From contig JANXNW010000268.1 of the NCBI GenBank assembly GCA_025353905.1, positions 15,251 to 79,250 on the forward strand: a DNA stretch of 64,000 bases. Reading direction: 5' to 3'. How positions within the stretch are numbered: position 1 is the first letter of the stretch; every line of letters starts with the position of its first letter. This document shows positions 47,971-58,152 of the stretch, one piece after another. This stretch comes from Hymenobacter sp. (GTDB taxonomy: Bacteria; Bacteroidota; Bacteroidia; Cytophagales; Hymenobacteraceae). The translations under genes were made by a program, and so were the position numbers. The notes below the pieces were generated by a model, which did not search any database, was not told where the DNA came from, and saw only the letters and a program-made list of their open reading frames with translations.

Positions 47971-49104
47971 CTACAGGCCGGGGCCGAGGTGCAGCGGGCC
48001 ATCCACCGGGCGGCCGTTGAGCACTTCGGTTTGCAGGCGGATGCTTTCGATGTGGATGAGCTTATACAATTCGCCCACGAACTGCTCGCTGATGTGCAGC
48101 TTATGGCCCCACTCCGGCCGGGTGCGGAAAATTTCCTGCCAGCGTTCGAGCTGCAAAATCTTGACGTTGTTCTCCTTCTTGTATTCAGCCAGCTCTTGAA
48201 TCAGAGCCAGGCGGCGGGCCAGCACTTCGAGGATTTCGTGGTCGGCGGTGTCCATTTTCTGGCGCAATTCCTCGGCCTTATTGCGGTAGTCCACGTTGTC
48301 AGACGACCGGTAGCGGTATTTGAGCTCGCTCAGGATTTCCTGCAAGCGGGCGGGCGTTACCTGCTGGGCGACGTCGCTCAGGGCGTGGTCGGGGTCGGGG
48401 TGAGTTTCGATGATGAGCCCGTCGTAGTCAAGGTCGAGGGCCTTTTGGGCGATGGGCAGCAGCAAATCGCGCGAGCCGCCGATGTGGCTCGGGTCGTTGA
48501 TGAGCGGCAAATCCGGCCGGCGCGTTTTGAGCTCAATCGGAATGGCCCAGGTCGGGGCATTGCGGTAGCGCGAGGGCGCGAACGTGCTGAACCCGCGGTG
48601 AATAGCCGCGATGTCGCGCAGGCCGGCCCGCTCCAGCCGCTCGATGGCCCCAATCCAGAGCGCCAAGTCCGGGTTCACCGGGTTCTTGACCATCACCGGC
48701 ATGCCCGTGCCGGCCAGCGCGTCGGCCAGCTCCTGCACCGCGAACGGATTGACCGTGGTGCGCGCCCCAATCCAGAGCACGTCAATGTCGTGCTTCAGCG
48801 CTTCTTCGACGTGGCGCGGGGTGGCCACTTCGATGCACATGGGCAGGCCGGTTTCGGCCCGCGCCGCTTGCAGCCAGGGCAAGGCCACCGCGCCCATCCC
48901 CTCGAAGCCGCCGGGCTTGGTGCGCGGCTTCCAGATGCCGGCCCGGTACATGTCGGCCTGCCCGGCCGCTTTCAGGGCGCGGGCCACGCTGAGCACTTGT
49001 TCCTCGGATTCGGCCGAGCACGGCCCAGCGATGATAAGGGGCTGACCTTTAGCGGCCAGCAAACGGGTAAAATACGTGTCGGCAGAGCCGGGAAGTGGGA
49101 GCAT
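47971..49104 (-). CDS. Bifunctional DAHP synthase (class I-beta)/chorismate mutase
   Basis: IIAGPCSAES, RAGIWKPRTKP, WIGARTT, KNPVNPD, DPSHIGG, and a C-terminal chorismate mutase helix region. Confidence 0.93.
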   Translation of the reverse strand: MLPLPGSADTYFTRLLAAKGQPLIIAGPCSAESEEQVLSVARALKAAGQADMYRAGIWKPRTKPGGFEGMGAVALPWLQAARAETGLPMCIEVATPRHVEEALKHDIDVLWIGARTTVNPFAVQELADALAGTGMPVMVKNPVNPDLALWIGAIERLERAGLRDIAAIHRGFSTFAPSRYRNAPTWAIPIELKTRRPDLPLINDPSHIGGSRDLLLPIAQKALDLDYDGLIIETHPDPDHALSDVAQQVTPARLQEILSELKYRYRSSDNVDYRNKAEELRQKMDTADHEILEVLARRLALIQELAEYKKENNVKILQLERWQEIFRTRPEWGHKLHISEQFVGELYKLIHIESIRLQTEVLNGRPVDGPLHLGPGL

Positions 49105-49145
49105 GTTGGGGGTTACGAATTAGCTGCGGGCTACCCGCTCGGGCG

Positions 49146-49238
49146 TTGAGGTTAGCAAGACATGAGACGTTAGACATGAGACTGGCATATCGGAGTCTCA
49201 TGTCTCATGTCTAACGTCTCATGTCTTGCTAACCTCAA
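49146..49238. repeat. Inverted heptamer (agacatg/catgtct) element
   Basis: ttgaggttagca-agacatg agacgtt agacatg agact-[ggcatatcgg]-agtct catgtct catgtct aacgtct catgtct-tgctaacctcaa. Confidence 0.9.
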
Positions 49239-49363
49239 TAACGTCCGGCAGCCCGCACGAGCGCGGAATACTTACCGCCTCGTTAGAAGCCTCAAAAGTA
49301 ACCCCGCCCGCCTGAACCCGGTTTTGAGAGCGGGCCGTACCTTCGCCCCATCTCCTCCCACCC

Positions 49364-50569
49364 ATGGCTCCCCCGACGACGACAACCGCCCCGCCCGCTC
49401 CCATCTATTTCGAGGACACCCGCATTGCCTTCGAGGCGAAATCCGACGCGGATTTGCGGCGCATGTACGCCCTGTTTGCCAGCATGAACAGCGGCGGGCT
49501 GGTCAAGACCGGCTCCGGGCTCATGCAGTCGGCGCTGCGCTGGGGGCTGCCGGGCACCAAGTTTTTAATCAAGCACTCGATTTTCAAGCAGTTCTGCGGA
49601 GGCGAAACCGTGCAGGAGTGCCGCCCGGTCATCGCCGAGCTGGGCCGCTACGGCATTGGCACCATCCTCGACTATTCGGTGGAGGGCGCCGGCGACGACC
49701 GCAGCTTCGACCGCACCCGCGACGAGATTCTGGCCACCATCGAGCTGGCCGCCACCACGCCCCACATCCCGTTTTCAGTTTTCAAGGTAACCGGCCTGCT
49801 GCCCACGGCCCTGCTCGAAAAAACCCAGGCCGGCCAGCCGCTGAGCGCCGCCGAGGAAGCCGCTTTCGAGCGGGGCCGCCAGCGGTTGGACGCGCTCTGC
49901 GCGCGGGCGCATCAGCACGGCATCCGGCTGTTTGTCGATGCCGAAGAAAGCTGGTTCCAGGCGACTATCGACGAGCTGGCCGAGACCATGATGCGGCGCT
50001 ACAACCAGGAGAAGGCCATCGTCTGGAACACGTACCAGCTCTACCGCCACGACCGGCTCGAAGCCCTGCAAGCCGCCCACGAGCGGGCCGCCGCCGGGAG
50101 CTACCACTTGGGCGTGAAGCTGGTGCGCGGCGCGTACCTCGAAAAAGAAGCCCGCGTGGCCCGCGAGCGCGGCCTGCCCAACCCCATCAACCCGACCAAG
50201 CAAGCCACCGACGCCCTCTACGACGAAAGCCTGCGCTACTGCGTGCAGCACGTGGAGCGCGTAAGCCTCTGCGCCGGCACCCACAACGAAGCCAGCTCGC
50301 TGCTGCTTACGGAGTTGATGCGCGAAGCCGGCCTCGCTCCCGGCGACGAGCGCGTGTGGTTTGCCCAGCTCTACGGCATGAGCGACAACCTGAGCTATAA
50401 CCTGGCCCACGCCGGCTACCACACCGCCAAGTACGTGCCCTACGGTCCCATCGAGGCCGTGATGCCTTATTTGCTGCGTCGGGCAAATGAAAATACGGCC
50501 ATCGCCGGCCAAAGCAGCCGCGAGTTTTTGCTGATTCAGCGCGAGCTTCGCCGCCGACAAGGGCGGTAG
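49364..50569 (+). CDS. Monofunctional proline dehydrogenase
   Basis: QFCGGET, ILDYSVEG, FVDAEES, NTYQLYR, KLVRGAYLEKE, GTHNE, QLYGMSD, YLLRRANEN. Confidence 0.95.
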   Translation: MAPPTTTTAPPAPIYFEDTRIAFEAKSDADLRRMYALFASMNSGGLVKTGSGLMQSALRWGLPGTKFLIKHSIFKQFCGGETVQECRPVIAELGRYGIGTILDYSVEGAGDDRSFDRTRDEILATIELAATTPHIPFSVFKVTGLLPTALLEKTQAGQPLSAAEEAAFERGRQRLDALCARAHQHGIRLFVDAEESWFQATIDELAETMMRRYNQEKAIVWNTYQLYRHDRLEALQAAHERAAAGSYHLGVKLVRGAYLEKEARVARERGLPNPINPTKQATDALYDESLRYCVQHVERVSLCAGTHNEASSLLLTELMREAGLAPGDERVWFAQLYGMSDNLSYNLAHAGYHTAKYVPYGPIEAVMPYLLRRANENTAIAGQSSREFLLIQRELRRRQGR

Positions 50570-50694
50570 CACGCCGCCTTCAGTGGGACGCCGCGTTTGG
50601 GGCGTTCGGTATTGGACGGCCGCGCCACTACTTTCGTCCCGCGCTCGACGCAGCACCTGACGCAGCAAAGGCTGCGTCCTACCTTTTTTGCTCC

Positions 50695-51081
50695 ATGACC
50701 AACCGTCTTCGCTCCTACCTCATTCGCTTTGCCCGCCAGCAGGCCGGCACCGTCAGCTACCTCACCCTGGTGCAGGAAGCCGAGCTGGGCCTGAACCTGG
50801 AAATCTCGCACGAAAAATCGCGCCTCAACGAAATGCTGGGCGAAATCTCGACCGAGGAGCATACCGCCGGGCGGCCTCTGCTGAGCTGCCTGGTGCGCGT
50901 GGCCGGCTCCAAAGGCCAGGGCGACAATTTTTACAAGCTTTGCGAACGCCTCGGCCTGGGCGAGTGGCGCACCCTCAAGCAGGACGAGGAGTTTCTCAAG
51001 GGCCTGATTCGGGACTGCCGCGCCTATTGGCAAGAGGAAGCCAATTACGCACAATTCGCTCAGGGCCAGGCGAGCGCGTAA
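50695..51081 (+). CDS. Hypothetical protein, winged-helix-like
   Basis: TVSYLTL...LGEIS..E...GRPLLSCLV...G.G..FY pattern, followed by a terminator. Confidence 0.75.
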   Translation: MTNRLRSYLIRFARQQAGTVSYLTLVQEAELGLNLEISHEKSRLNEMLGEISTEEHTAGRPLLSCLVRVAGSKGQGDNFYKLCERLGLGEWRTLKQDEEFLKGLIRDCRAYWQEEANYAQFAQGQASA

Positions 51082-51106
51082 GTTTAGTTTTGGCCTGATA
51101 ATCATT

Positions 51107-51139
51107 AGCCCTGACCCCCAACGGTCAGGGCTTTTTTTT
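51107..51139 (+). terminator. Intrinsic terminator
   Basis: agccctgacc-loop-ggtcagggc followed by T8. Confidence 0.85.
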
Positions 51140-51310
51140 GGCCGACCAAGTCACCTCAGCCGCCCTTAAAAAGGCGGGGGCGCTGCCCGCTCGCCGTCCG
51201 CCGCGCCCGTTCCGGCGCAACTCCCGCCGCCCGCCACCCGTTAAGCTGCCCAGGCCGGGCAGGACTGCCTGGTCACCCGTTTTATCACCCACCTATATCC
51301 TTTTCCAAAG

Positions 51311-52135
51311 ATGAACACCCCCGATTCGAATAACCCGATAAATACCGGCACCGGCGCCGGCTCCAACTACGGCACTACCAACACCGGTACCGGGATGGGC
51401 AACAGCGGCAGCCTGAGCAACGAAAGCACGAGCTACAACGCCGGCACCGGCGCGGGCAACACCGGCGCAACGAATGCCGCCAACGGCGACGACTACAGCG
51501 CTACGGCCAAGGGTGCCGCGATGGCCGGCACCGCCGGAGCCGTCGTGGGCCGCGGCATTGATGCCGTCCAAAACACCGCCGACCGCGCCGCGAGCGCCAT
51601 AACCGGCTCGGCCTACCGCGAGGGCGGCAGCACGACCGGCATGTTCAAGGACCGCAATAGCGTCGAGCAGGCGTATAGCGCCCTGCACGAGCGCGGCTAC
51701 TCGAAAGACGACGTGAACCTGATGATGTCGGACGACACCCGCAAGACGCACTTCGGCGACGACACCATGCCGTCGGAGCTGGGCGATAAGGCCATGGAAG
51801 GCGCGGGCATCGGCTCGGCCATCGGCGGCACGGCCGGCGCCATTATCGGCGCAATTGCCGCCATCGGCACTTCGGTAGCCCTGCCCGGCCTGGGCCTGAT
51901 TATCGCCGGCCCGCTGGCCGCCGCCCTGGCCGGCGCCGGCGCGGGTGGCCTCACGGGCGGCCTGGTTGGCGCACTCGTCGGCTCGGGCATTCCGGAGGAG
52001 CACGCCGCTGAGTACGAGCACGGCATCAAGAACGGCGGTATCGTGCTGGGCGTGAAGCCCCGCAACGCCGAGGACGCGCAGTATTTCGAGCAGGAGTTCA
52101 AGAAGAACAACGCCGATAAGGTGTACAATTATTAA
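51311..52135 (+). CDS. General-stress-protein-like glycine-zipper membrane protein
   Basis: GMFKDRNSVEQAYSAL..RGY..DDVNLMMS, GAGIG..IGG, IAGPLAAALAGAGAGG..GGLVGALVGSGIPEE. Confidence 0.85.
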   Translation: MNTPDSNNPINTGTGAGSNYGTTNTGTGMGNSGSLSNESTSYNAGTGAGNTGATNAANGDDYSATAKGAAMAGTAGAVVGRGIDAVQNTADRAASAITGSAYREGGSTTGMFKDRNSVEQAYSALHERGYSKDDVNLMMSDDTRKTHFGDDTMPSELGDKAMEGAGIGSAIGGTAGAIIGAIAAIGTSVALPGLGLIIAGPLAAALAGAGAGGLTGGLVGALVGSGIPEEHAAEYEHGIKNGGIVLGVKPRNAEDAQYFEQEFKKNNADKVYNY

Positions 52136-52155
52136 GGCTTGACCTTGCTTGTTGG

Positions 52156-52188
52156 AAAGCCGCTCCTGTGATGGGGGCGGCTTTTTTT
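52156..52188 (+). terminator. Intrinsic terminator
   Basis: aaagccgctcc-loop-ggggcggc followed by T7. Confidence 0.85.
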
Positions 52189-52216
52189 GATGTTGGGTGT
52201 TGCTGCTTGCTATCCG

Positions 52217-52319
52217 GTCATTGCGAGCGTGGCGAAGCAATCGCACTTGTTCGGCCACGCCCTGATGAGCACTTGAACGCACTGAACAGGTGCGATTGCT
52301 TCGCTGCGCTCGCAATGAC
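52217..52319. repeat. GTCATTGCGAG-family REP doublet
   Basis: Homologous to 2751-2858. Confidence 0.9.
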
Positions 52320-52381
52320 GTAATACTTAACATCGAACCTTCAACACCGAAAACCCGATACCGAACACCGACCTTTGCAAG

Positions 52382-53839
52382 ATGTCTGACACCCCGACCA
52401 ACCCCGCTGCTCCCTTCGCTTTCGCCGACTACGACCTGCCGCCGCACCTGCTGCAGGCATTGACCGAGTTAAATTACGCCCACCCCACGCCCGTGCAGGC
52501 GCTGGTGTTGCCGCCCGCGCTGGCGGGCCAGGACGTGGCCGGGCAGGCTCCCACCGGCTCGGGCAAAACGGCGGCGTATGGGCTGGCCGTGCTGGCCCAG
52601 ATTGACCCCGCCGTGGCGGGGGTACAGGCGCTGGTGCTGGTGCCGGCGCGCGAGTTGGCCCTGCAAGTGCGCGAGGCCCTCAAAGCCCTTGGTAAGCACC
52701 TGCCCGCGCCCGGCCTGCGCGTGGCGGCGCTTTACGGCGGCCACGCGCTGCGCGACGAAATCAAAACCTTGCAGCAAACGCCGCACGTGGTAGTGGCCAC
52801 GCCCGGCCGCCTGCTCGACCACCTGGAGCAGCGCAACATCATCCCCAATCAACTGAAAGTATTGGTGCTGGACGAGGCTGATAAACTACTGGAGCTCAAG
52901 TTTCAGCAGGAAATGGCCACCATCATCAGCCGGCTGCCGCGGCGGCGGCAGACGCTGCTGTTCTCGGCCACGATGCCGGAGAAAGTGTTGGCCCTGGTAC
53001 GCGAGCACCTCACCCGGCCGCGCCTGCTGGCCGCGTCGGGCGGGTTGGGCGGTGCGGGCGACGACGGCCGCGGCAGCGCCGCCGCGCTGCCGGCCTCGCT
53101 CACTGTGCGCGGCCACGTGCTGGGCAGCGTCGAGGAAAAGCCCGCCGCGCTCTACCATCTACTGCGTCAGAAAGGCACTGGCCAGACGCTCGTTTTCGTG
53201 AATACCCGCGAGCGGGCCACCGAGCTGAGCCAGTTTCTGCGGGGCCGGGGCCTGGCGGCCGAAGTGCTGCACGGCAAGCTGCCCCAGCCCGAGCGCGACA
53301 AAGCCCTGATGAAGCTGCGCAACAACTCGGCCCAGGCGCTGGTGGCCACCGATGTCGCCGCCCGCGGCCTCGACGTGCCCGCCCTCGACACGGTCATTCA
53401 ATACGACCTGCCCCACGACGCGGAAACATTTCAGCACCGGGCCGGGCGCACGGCCCGCGCCGGCGTGGCCGGCACCGCCCACCTGTTGGCCACCGTGCCC
53501 GAGCAAACCCGCGTCCAGGGCTGGCCCGCCGCCCAGGCCACGCACTGGGCCCGGCTGAATCCGCCGAACCTGCCCGCTGCCAGCGCCGCCCGCCCGCCCC
53601 GCCCCACTACCGTCACCCTGCACGTGACAGCCGGCAAAAAGCACAAGGTCAGTGCCCACGACCTGGTGGGTGCGTTCGTCGGGGTGGGCGGGCTGGACCG
53701 CGAGGCGGTCGGCCGCATCGAAGTATTTGACTATTATTCCTACGTGGCCGTCCCGCGCGAGCAGTCGGCGGCGCTACTCGAAAAGCTCAACGGCGCGAAA
53801 GTGAAGGGCGTGAAAGTGCGGGTAACGGAAGTGGCGTAG
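52382..53839 (+). CDS. dbpA: DEAD-box RNA helicase with DbpA-type C-terminal RNA-binding domain
   Basis: Q motif PTPVQ, GSGKT, PARELA, ATPGRL, DEAD, SAT, ARGLD, HRAGRTARAG, GKKHKVSAHDLVG. Confidence 0.85.
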   Translation: MSDTPTNPAAPFAFADYDLPPHLLQALTELNYAHPTPVQALVLPPALAGQDVAGQAPTGSGKTAAYGLAVLAQIDPAVAGVQALVLVPARELALQVREALKALGKHLPAPGLRVAALYGGHALRDEIKTLQQTPHVVVATPGRLLDHLEQRNIIPNQLKVLVLDEADKLLELKFQQEMATIISRLPRRRQTLLFSATMPEKVLALVREHLTRPRLLAASGGLGGAGDDGRGSAAALPASLTVRGHVLGSVEEKPAALYHLLRQKGTGQTLVFVNTRERATELSQFLRGRGLAAEVLHGKLPQPERDKALMKLRNNSAQALVATDVAARGLDVPALDTVIQYDLPHDAETFQHRAGRTARAGVAGTAHLLATVPEQTRVQGWPAAQATHWARLNPPNLPAASAARPPRPTTVTLHVTAGKKHKVSAHDLVGAFVGVGGLDREAVGRIEVFDYYSYVAVPREQSAALLEKLNGAKVKGVKVRVTEVA

Positions 53840-53920
53840 GGCGGAGCCTTTGCTCCGCCCTACGCCCACGCCAAATTTTATCTTCCCACTCGCGCAGCAA
53901 AAGCTGCGCGCCACGTACCC

Positions 53921-54280
53921 TTGCCTAAGCTCCTTTTCATTTGCAGCCAAAACCGCTGGCGGAGCCTGACCGCCGAGCGGCTCTTCGATGGCCACCTCAC
54001 CCACGAGGCCCGCTCGGCGGGCACCGAGCCGGGCGCGCGGGTGCGCGTCACAGCCGGGCATCTGGGTTGGGCCGATGTCATTTTCGTGATGGAGAAAAAA
54101 CATGCCGACCGCCTACGAGCCAAATTCAGCGACGAGCTGCGCGGCAAGCCGCTCGTAAACCTGCGCATCCCTGATGACTACCAGTTTCAGGACCCGGCGC
54201 TCGTGGCCCTGTTGCGCGAGCGGCTGCGGACGTACTTCGGCGTTGAGCCGGAGCCGCTGACGGCGCTGGCCGCCGTTTAG
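53921..54280 (+). CDS. Low-molecular-weight protein-tyrosine-phosphatase-like protein
   Basis: LLFICSQNRWRSLTAE, RSAGT, WADVIFVME, IPDDY. Confidence 0.88.
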   Translation: MPKLLFICSQNRWRSLTAERLFDGHLTHEARSAGTEPGARVRVTAGHLGWADVIFVMEKKHADRLRAKFSDELRGKPLVNLRIPDDYQFQDPALVALLRERLRTYFGVEPEPLTALAAV

Positions 54281-54450
54281 CGCGCCAGCGCGCAACGGCT
54301 GGCCGACCAGTGGGGCGAGTCTCCAGACTCGCGTAACCAGCGTGGTAGCCGAAGCGACCGTGGATGGCCGCTTTGCGGCCGGGAGTCAGAGCCTCCTCCC
54401 ACTGGTCGGCCAGCCGTTGCGCGCTGGCGCGCTAAACGGCGGCCAGCGCC
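54262..54450. repeat. 53-bp perfect inverted repeat enclosing REP-like hairpins
   Basis: 54262-54314 is the reverse complement of 54398-54450, with an internal gcgagtctccagactcgc. Confidence 0.9.
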
Positions 54451-54528
54451 AGCGGCCAGTCAGCCCGCGCAGCGGGCGTATCTGCGCCATCCGTTCCATC
54501 CGTTAAATCTGCGGTAGTTTTGCCCGCT

Positions 54529-55611
54529 ATGGAATTTACCGTGGCTCAGATTGCCCAAGTGCTGGGTGGCACCGCCGAGGGCGACGCGACGGCTGCCGTG
54601 ACGACACTGGCTAAAATTGAAGAGGCCGGCCCCGGCTCGCTCGCCTTTCTGGCCAACGCCAAGTACGAACCGTTTCTCTACTCGACTCAGGCCACGGCCG
54701 TCATCGTGAGCCTGGATTTGACCTTGAAGCAGCCCGTGACGGCGGCGCTTATCCGCGTCGCGGACCCGTATTCCAGCTTTACCAAGCTGCTGGAGTTTTA
54801 TCAGCAAGCTACCCGCACCGGGCGGCGCGGAGTAGAGGAGCCGAGCTTTTTCGGGGCAGGCTCGACTATCGGGCCAGGGCACTACCGGGGCGCGTTCTCG
54901 TACGTTGGCGAGGGCTGCGAGCTGGGCGAGAACGTGCTGATTTTTCCCCAGGCATACGTCGGTGACCGGGTGCGCATCGGCGACAATTCCATCATTCACG
55001 CCGGGGCAAAAATCTATGCCGACACCGTGATTGGGGCGCGCTGCGTGATAAAGGCCGGCGCGGTGGTCGGCTCCGACGGCTTCGGCTTCGCGCCCCAGCC
55101 CGACGGCTCTTACCGGGCCATCCCGCAAATCGGGCGCGTGGTGCTCGAAGACGACGTGAGCATCGGGGCCAATACGACCGTGGACTGCGCCACGCTGGGC
55201 CAGACGACGGTGCGAGAGGGCAGCAAAATCGACAACCTCGTGCAGCTCGCCCACAACGTGGAAATCGGCCGCCACACGGTCGTAGCCGCCCAGACGGGCA
55301 TTTCCGGGTCCAGCAAAATTGGGGATTTCTGCGTGCTCGCCGGCCAGGTCGGCATGGCTGGCCACCTGAGTTTGGCTAATCGAACGACCGTTACGGCCCA
55401 GTCGGGCGTGGGCAAAAGCATCCGGCAGGAAGGCCAGACCCTGCAAGGCTCTACCGCGTTCGACTTCAAGCAGAACCAGCGCGCCCAGGTCGTCTTCCGC
55501 CGTCTGCCCGAATTGGAGCAGCGCGTGGCCGCCCTGGAGCAGGACACCGAGAAAGACGCCGGGAAAAGCGGGGAGCAAAAGCCCACCCCCCCAGACCCGG
55601 AAAAGCTTTAG
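54529..55611 (+). CDS. lpxD: UDP-3-O-(3-hydroxyacyl)glucosamine N-acyltransferase
   Basis: FLANAKY, DPY, hexapeptide repeats, GSDGFGF, IPQIGRV, KIDNLVQLAHNV. Confidence 0.96.
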   Translation: MEFTVAQIAQVLGGTAEGDATAAVTTLAKIEEAGPGSLAFLANAKYEPFLYSTQATAVIVSLDLTLKQPVTAALIRVADPYSSFTKLLEFYQQATRTGRRGVEEPSFFGAGSTIGPGHYRGAFSYVGEGCELGENVLIFPQAYVGDRVRIGDNSIIHAGAKIYADTVIGARCVIKAGAVVGSDGFGFAPQPDGSYRAIPQIGRVVLEDDVSIGANTTVDCATLGQTTVREGSKIDNLVQLAHNVEIGRHTVVAAQTGISGSSKIGDFCVLAGQVGMAGHLSLANRTTVTAQSGVGKSIRQEGQTLQGSTAFDFKQNQRAQVVFRRLPELEQRVAALEQDTEKDAGKSGEQKPTPPDPEKL

Positions 55612-55625
55612 CTTTGCGGACTGTT

Positions 55626-55710
55626 TAGTTGTCAGTTGCTCGTTATTCAGTTGTCAGGCTTGTTTTCGGGCTTTCAGGAACTGACAACTGCCAACCAGCA
55701 ACTGCCAACT
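55626..55710. repeat. Inverted heptamer array (cagttgt/actgaca)
   Basis: tagttgtcagttgctcgttattcagttgtcag ... aactgacaactgccaaccagcaactgccaact. Confidence 0.8.
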
Positions 55711-55717
55711 ACCCCGA

Positions 55718-57112
55718 ATGAACGATAAACAACACACTATCAAGGCCCCCGTGACGGTGCGAGGCGTGGGGCTGCACACGGGCGTGGAGGCCACGATGAC
55801 GTTTTGCCCCGCCCCGGTGGGCCACGGCTACAAGTTTCAGCGGGTCGATTTGCCCGGCCAGCCGCTCGTCGATGCCGACGTGGACAACGTGGTGGACCTG
55901 AGCCGGGGCACGACCATCGAACAAAACGGGGCGCGCGTGAACACGGTGGAGCACACGCTGGCCGCGCTCGTCGGCATGCAGCTCGACAACGTGCTGATTC
56001 AGCTCTCCGGCCCCGAACCGCCGATAATGGACGGCTCGGCGGCTGAGTTTATCGCCGCCCTCAGTTCGGTGGGCTTGGAGGAACAGAACGCGCTGCGCAA
56101 CTACTTCGTCATCCCCGACACGATTCGCTACGTGGACAACGCGCGGGGTGTGGAAATCGCGGCCCTGCCCCTGGCGGATTACCGCCTCACGGTGATGGTC
56201 GATTACAACTCGCCCGTGCTCGGCTCGCAGCACGCCACGCTGACCGACATCGGCTTGTTTGGCGAGGAAATCGCGTCCTCGCGCACGTTTTGCTTTTTGC
56301 ACGAGCTGGAATACCTCTACAAGTCGAACCTGATTAAGGGCGGCGATTTGAGCAACGCCATTGTCGTTGTGGACCGCCCCGTGAGCGATGACGAGCTGGG
56401 CGAGCTGGCCGCCATGCTCGGCAAGCCCCGCGTGTCGGTCAAGAAGGAAGGCATTCTGAACAACGTGGATTTACGCCACAAAAACGAGCCGGCCCGCCAC
56501 AAACTGCTCGATTTGGTGGGCGACCTCGCCCTCGTGGGCCGCCCGCTCAAGGGCCAGATTCTGGCTGCCCGGCCCGGCCACGCCGCTAACGTGGCTTTCG
56601 CTAAGCGCATCAAAAAAAAGATGCTCGAAACGAGTACCAGCCCCGTGCCGGTCTATGACCCGACCCGCACGCCGGTTATGGACGTGAACCGCATTATGCA
56701 GGTGCTGCCCCACCGCTACCCGTTTTTGCTCATCGACAAGGTGATTCACCTCGACGGCACGAGCGTGACGGCGGTGAAAAACATCACCATGAACGAGCAG
56801 TTTTTTCAGGGCCACTTCCCCGGCAACCCCGTCATGCCCGGCGTGCTGCAAGTCGAGGCCATGGCCCAGACAGGCGGCATTCTGGTGATGAGCACCGTGC
56901 CCGACCCGGAGAATTACTGGCAGTATTTTCTGGGCATCGAAAACTGCCGGTTCCGCAAAAAAGTAACCCCCGGCGACACCGTTATCTTCCACTGCTCGCT
57001 GCTGGCTCCCATCAAGCGCGGCATCGCCAAGATGAAAGGCCAGGCGTTCGTGAACGGCAAAGTGGTGATGGATGCCGAAATGAGCGCCGCCATCGTTCGG
57101 AAAGAAAGTTAA
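55718..57112 (+). CDS. lpxC: Bifunctional LpxC/FabZ
   Basis: [35 protein letters not shown]; FabZ part [31 protein letters not shown]. Confidence 0.96.
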   Translation: MNDKQHTIKAPVTVRGVGLHTGVEATMTFCPAPVGHGYKFQRVDLPGQPLVDADVDNVVDLSRGTTIEQNGARVNTVEHTLAALVGMQLDNVLIQLSGPEPPIMDGSAAEFIAALSSVGLEEQNALRNYFVIPDTIRYVDNARGVEIAALPLADYRLTVMVDYNSPVLGSQHATLTDIGLFGEEIASSRTFCFLHELEYLYKSNLIKGGDLSNAIVVVDRPVSDDELGELAAMLGKPRVSVKKEGILNNVDLRHKNEPARHKLLDLVGDLALVGRPLKGQILAARPGHAANVAFAKRIKKKMLETSTSPVPVYDPTRTPVMDVNRIMQVLPHRYPFLLIDKVIHLDGTSVTAVKNITMNEQFFQGHFPGNPVMPGVLQVEAMAQTGGILVMSTVPDPENYWQYFLGIENCRFRKKVTPGDTVIFHCSLLAPIKRGIAKMKGQAFVNGKVVMDAEMSAAIVRKES

Positions 57113-57217
57113 GAGTTAAGAGTTAGGAGTTAAGAGTTTGCCCTACGTATCAACCCGGCCGCTTTTTAACCTTACTCACCCCCAACTCTTAACTTTTAAC
57201 TCTTAACTCTTAACTCA
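57108..57217. repeat. Inverted heptamer array (gttaaga/tcttaac)
   Basis: gttaagagttaagagttaggagttaagagtt ... aactcttaacttttaactcttaactcttaactc. Confidence 0.9.
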
Positions 57218-57220
57218 AAG

Positions 57221-58036
57221 ATGATTTCCCCCCTCGCCCATATTCACCCCAGTGCCCGGCTCGCGGCGGGCGTTACCGTTGAGCCATTCACGACCATTGC
57301 CGGCGACGTGGAGATTGGCGAAAATACCTGGATTGGGCCGAACGTGACCATCATGAACGGTGCCCGCATCGGGGCGCACTGCCAGGTGTTTCCGGGGGCC
57401 GTGGTGGCGGGCATCCCGCAGGATTTGAAGTTCGCGGGCGAGGTGACGACGGCCCACATCGGCGACTACACCGTCTTGCGCGAGTGCGTAACCGTGAACC
57501 GCGGCACCGTGGAAGCTGGCCGCACGGTGGTGGGCGCGCACTGCCTGGTGCAGGCCTACGTGCACGTGGCCCACGACTGCCACGTCGGTCACCACTGCGT
57601 GATTTCCAACGCCACCCAGATGGCGGGCCACGTACTGGTCGGCGACTGGGCCATCATCGGCGGCACGTCGGCGCTGCACCAGTTCGTGAGCGTGGGCGCG
57701 CACGCCTTCGTGGGCGGTGGCTCGCTGGTGCGCAAAGACGTACCGCCGTTCGTGAAAGCCGCCCGCGAGCCACTCACCTACGCGGGCGTAAACTCGGTGG
57801 GCCTGCGCCGCCGCGGCTATTCGGAAGAGCAGATAACCGAAATCCACGAAATCTACCGGACGCTGTATTTAAGCGGCCTGAACATGCAGGACGCGCTGGT
57901 GCGCATCGAGGCCGAGCTGCCACCCACGCCCGAGCGCTACCAAGTGGTGAAATTCGTGCGGGCCGCCGCCCGCGGTATTATCAAAGGGCCGGGCAGCCGC
58001 TACGCCGCCGCCGCGCCGGAAGGGCTGGAGGATTGA
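57221..58036 (+). CDS. lpxA: Acyl-ACP--UDP-N-acetylglucosamine O-acyltransferase
   Basis: IHPSA, PQDLKF.GE, RECVTVNRGT, HVAHDC, HQF, KDVPPF, NSVGLRRRGY. Confidence 0.96.
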   Translation: MISPLAHIHPSARLAAGVTVEPFTTIAGDVEIGENTWIGPNVTIMNGARIGAHCQVFPGAVVAGIPQDLKFAGEVTTAHIGDYTVLRECVTVNRGTVEAGRTVVGAHCLVQAYVHVAHDCHVGHHCVISNATQMAGHVLVGDWAIIGGTSALHQFVSVGAHAFVGGGSLVRKDVPPFVKAAREPLTYAGVNSVGLRRRGYSEEQITEIHEIYRTLYLSGLNMQDALVRIEAELPPTPERYQVVKFVRAAARGIIKGPGSRYAAAAPEGLED

Positions 58037-58152
58037 GGATAAATGGGATGGAAGGAGTAGATACTCAGGAGGAGGGATGTCAGTCCTGCTTATTCGTGCT
58101 CTACCCCGCCTAAATCCTGCATCCCTACTTTCTAATCCCTAATTCCATTACC

